A stretch of 57,252 nucleotides of DNA, taken from positions 1 through 57,252 of the forward strand of contig CAJNYD010000173.1 of assembly GCA_905331295.1 (NCBI GenBank), given 5' to 3'. The translations under genes were made by a program, and so were the position numbers. Source of the DNA: Rotaria socialis (lineage: Eukaryota). Positions within the stretch are counted from its first letter, which is position 1, and each line of letters opens with the position of its first letter. The notes beneath the pieces were generated by a model. The model did no database searches, was not told the origin of the DNA, and worked only from the letters and a program-made list of their open reading frames with translations. This document shows, piece after piece, positions 55,070 through 57,252 of the stretch.

Positions 55070-55327
55070 AAATGAAAAAATGATGAATCATTTATCGAAG
55101 CAGTTGGAAGACAATTCGCTATATAGAATGATAATTTTGAATGAAGATCGTTAAAACATGATACTTCATTTAAACTAAATAACTAATAAAACTATCAAAC
55201 ATTCATAAAGGAAAAATAACATCAAATTCTCTCGTGTATATATTTATGTTTCACTATTTTCTTTATCTTACGAGGAAACATTCTCAACTGTGAGTCACTG
55301 ATTGAAGTGATATTTTGATCATATATA

Positions 55328-56221
55328 GCGGGTGGACCATAAATAATGGCGGTCTCATTATTTACTCAATATCTTTTTTGCTCTTCATTGATTTGAACTG
55401 ACCATTTTCCCAAAAGATTGAGCATTCAATTCTCCAGAAACTCATGTGTAAAAGATTTTTTAAAACTACAAAATGGCTTAGTACTAAAACGAAGAGAAAC
55501 GGTTAAAAAATCTTCAACTTTCAAGCTCAGCATTCATTAACATTTGGAGTATGTTTCGACAATTTATATGCAGGCTTAAGTTACGGGAGAAGCATGTTCT
55601 GGTATTTTCAAGTACGTTCTTTTCAATGTATTTGAAAAAGATTTCTTTAAAAGTGGTCTTCGCCTATTAAATCGATATTTTCTGAAAACTCGTCCATGAG
55701 GCCTGAATTTCGGTTTACAAGAAAGTCTACAGGGGTGTAATCGAGTATGTTGGCTTTGAAAGAAAACAAAAATCGTCAAAAAATAACACTTTTTAAGTGA
55801 ATGGCATGCGTTTTAGTGCAAGCATCAAAAACATGACATAACAGTTGTGTTTTTTTAGAAAAACCAAAAAAATTGATACAGAATTTTTTACTCATTTTGT
55901 AAGGAAAGAAAAATTCGAACACATGAATCTTGCCCAGAATCTGACGCTCTTTAACATGGTAGACTGAGTTTTTGTAGATCTTGACATGGAAAGCAAATTT
56001 TCAAAAAAAAACGGATTTAGTGCTGGAAAGTTGAAGATTTTTCGACCTTTTTTTCTTCGTTTTAGTAATTAACCATTTTGTTGTTTTAAAAAATCTTTTA
56101 CACATGAGTTTGTAGAGAATTAAATGCTCAATCTTTTGGGAAAATATTCAGTTCAAATCAATGACGAGCAAAAAAGATATTGAGTAAATAATGAGATCGC
56201 CATTATTTATGGGCCACCCGT
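55328..56221. mobile_element. Non-autonomous DNA transposon with ~200-bp TIRs, TA-flanked (Tc1/mariner-like)
   Basis: GCGGGTGGACCATAAAATAATGGCGGTCTCATTATTTACTCAATATCTTTTTTGCTC... is mirrored by ...GAGCAAAAAAGATATTGAGTAAATAATGAGATCGCCATTATTTATGGGCCACCCGT; no transposase ORF. Confidence 0.88.
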
Positions 56222-56389
56222 TAGATCTTATGATCTTCAGAATATTCTGAAAGTGTTTTAATCAAAACGGAAGAAACATGTTCATGTCACAAAAATGGAA
56301 TTTTCTTCAGCATTCAACATTTCAAAAAGAAACCATCAATCCTGATTGAGACTTTCAGGATGTTCTAAAGATCATAAGATCTATATATG
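56222..56389. mobile_element. Small palindromic MITE interrupted by the larger element
   Basis: TAGATCTTATGATCTTCAGAATATTCTGAAAGT / ACTTTCAGGATGTTCTAAAGATCATAAGATCTATATATGA. Confidence 0.7.
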
Positions 56390-56768
56390 AGCAATGCTTC
56401 AAATGAAGAAGAAAAATTTATGGGGAAGAATCTTTTTAGGTTTTATCTAGTCTCAATGAGTCATAATTATAGGCAAAATATGACTATAAAACAGACGTTT
56501 CGTTTTTTCTTTTATAACATATAGCATTACTATAAATTTTCTAGTCTTTCAATAATCTTTGTAATGCTTATTCTAAGAGTATATATGAGATTCTCTATAG
56601 GGTTAATAAAAGAAAACAATTCTCAAATGAACAAAAAAATAACAATTATATTGAAAAAATGGATGAGTGTTGCATGTTTGAATAAATGAATATTCACTCG
56701 GTTTTTCCATTGATTGTTGAAGATAATTGTTCTGAATTCTGCTTTATGGCGTCAAAATTAAAAATAAA

Positions 56769-56813
56769 GTGTGGGTGAGGTTGTAGGTCTCTGCTTGCCT
56801 ATCACCCAAACCC
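56769..56813. repeat. Telomere-like inverted site J (degenerate): GTGTGGGTGAGGTTGTAGG-spacer-ATCACCCAAACCC
   Basis: Direct reading. Confidence 0.55.
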
Positions 56814-56878
56814 TTCTTTGCCTTCAGTATTTATTTATTCGTTAAATTTGTGTTTATAAAGAATCAAATCTAATATGA

Positions 56879-57141
56879 CACTCTAAAAAATCAAGACACT
56901 TCGATAAAACACTTCTAGTGTCTATTATTCATTTATTTTGCTTGAGCGTCTAAAATCGGTCATCCGTTGACACTTGGCACGTCTAGCTGAGACATGTGAT
57001 GCGTCTTGTTTTTAGACGTACTATGCGTTTCAACTAGACGTACCAAGTGTCAACGGATGACCGATTTTAGATGCACACGCAAAATAAATGAAAAATAGAC
57101 ACTAGAAATGTCTTATCGAAGTGTCTTGATTTTTTAGAGGG
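56879..57141. mobile_element. Foldback MITE (near-complete palindrome, arms ~110 bp)
   Basis: CACTCTAAAAAATCAAGACACTTCGATAA...CGGTCATCCGTTGACACTTGG is mirrored by CCAAGTGTCAACGGATGACCG...TTATCGAAGTGTCTTGATTTTTTAGAGGG. Confidence 0.85.
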
Positions 57142-57252
57142 AATATTCCATATTATTCGTTCATTCGGCTCCACTATTTTACCTCCTGCCTCCATACATA
57201 ATAGTGTAATACGATATGTTTCATTCACTATTCTTTAGCTGTCGACACATTT

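Overview
AT-rich eukaryotic genomic DNA with many short (~45-70 nt) spliceosomal introns, most likely from a bdelloid rotifer (inferred from the gene families and the TGTGGG-type repeats). The left ~15 kb looks accessory or defence-related. It holds a ubiquitin-like + ADP-ribosyltransferase-fold gene, an LRR gene built from 14 one-repeat-per-exon phase-0 modules, an ART-TPR gene and a frameshifted paralogous fragment. A compact housekeeping block follows (METAP2-TRAPPC1-MEMO1 in an operon-like layout, two sphingolipid delta-4 desaturase paralogs, ARV1, RUVBL1), then a PTB-like protein, COMT, a granulin, an Ig-like membrane protein, an extracellular Cu/Zn SOD, several orphans and several MITEs. 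The most striking unexplained pattern is about ten short telomere-repeat-like sites, eight of them arranged as (TGTGGG)n-unique spacer-(CCCACA)n. One pair brackets a TPR gene fragment exactly at both ends. Another pair brackets a segment carrying a GPCR fragment whose 5' break coincides with the site. This suggests break repair or fragment capture via telomeric-repeat addition. All gene models were derived by hand from the sequence; no database searches were run.
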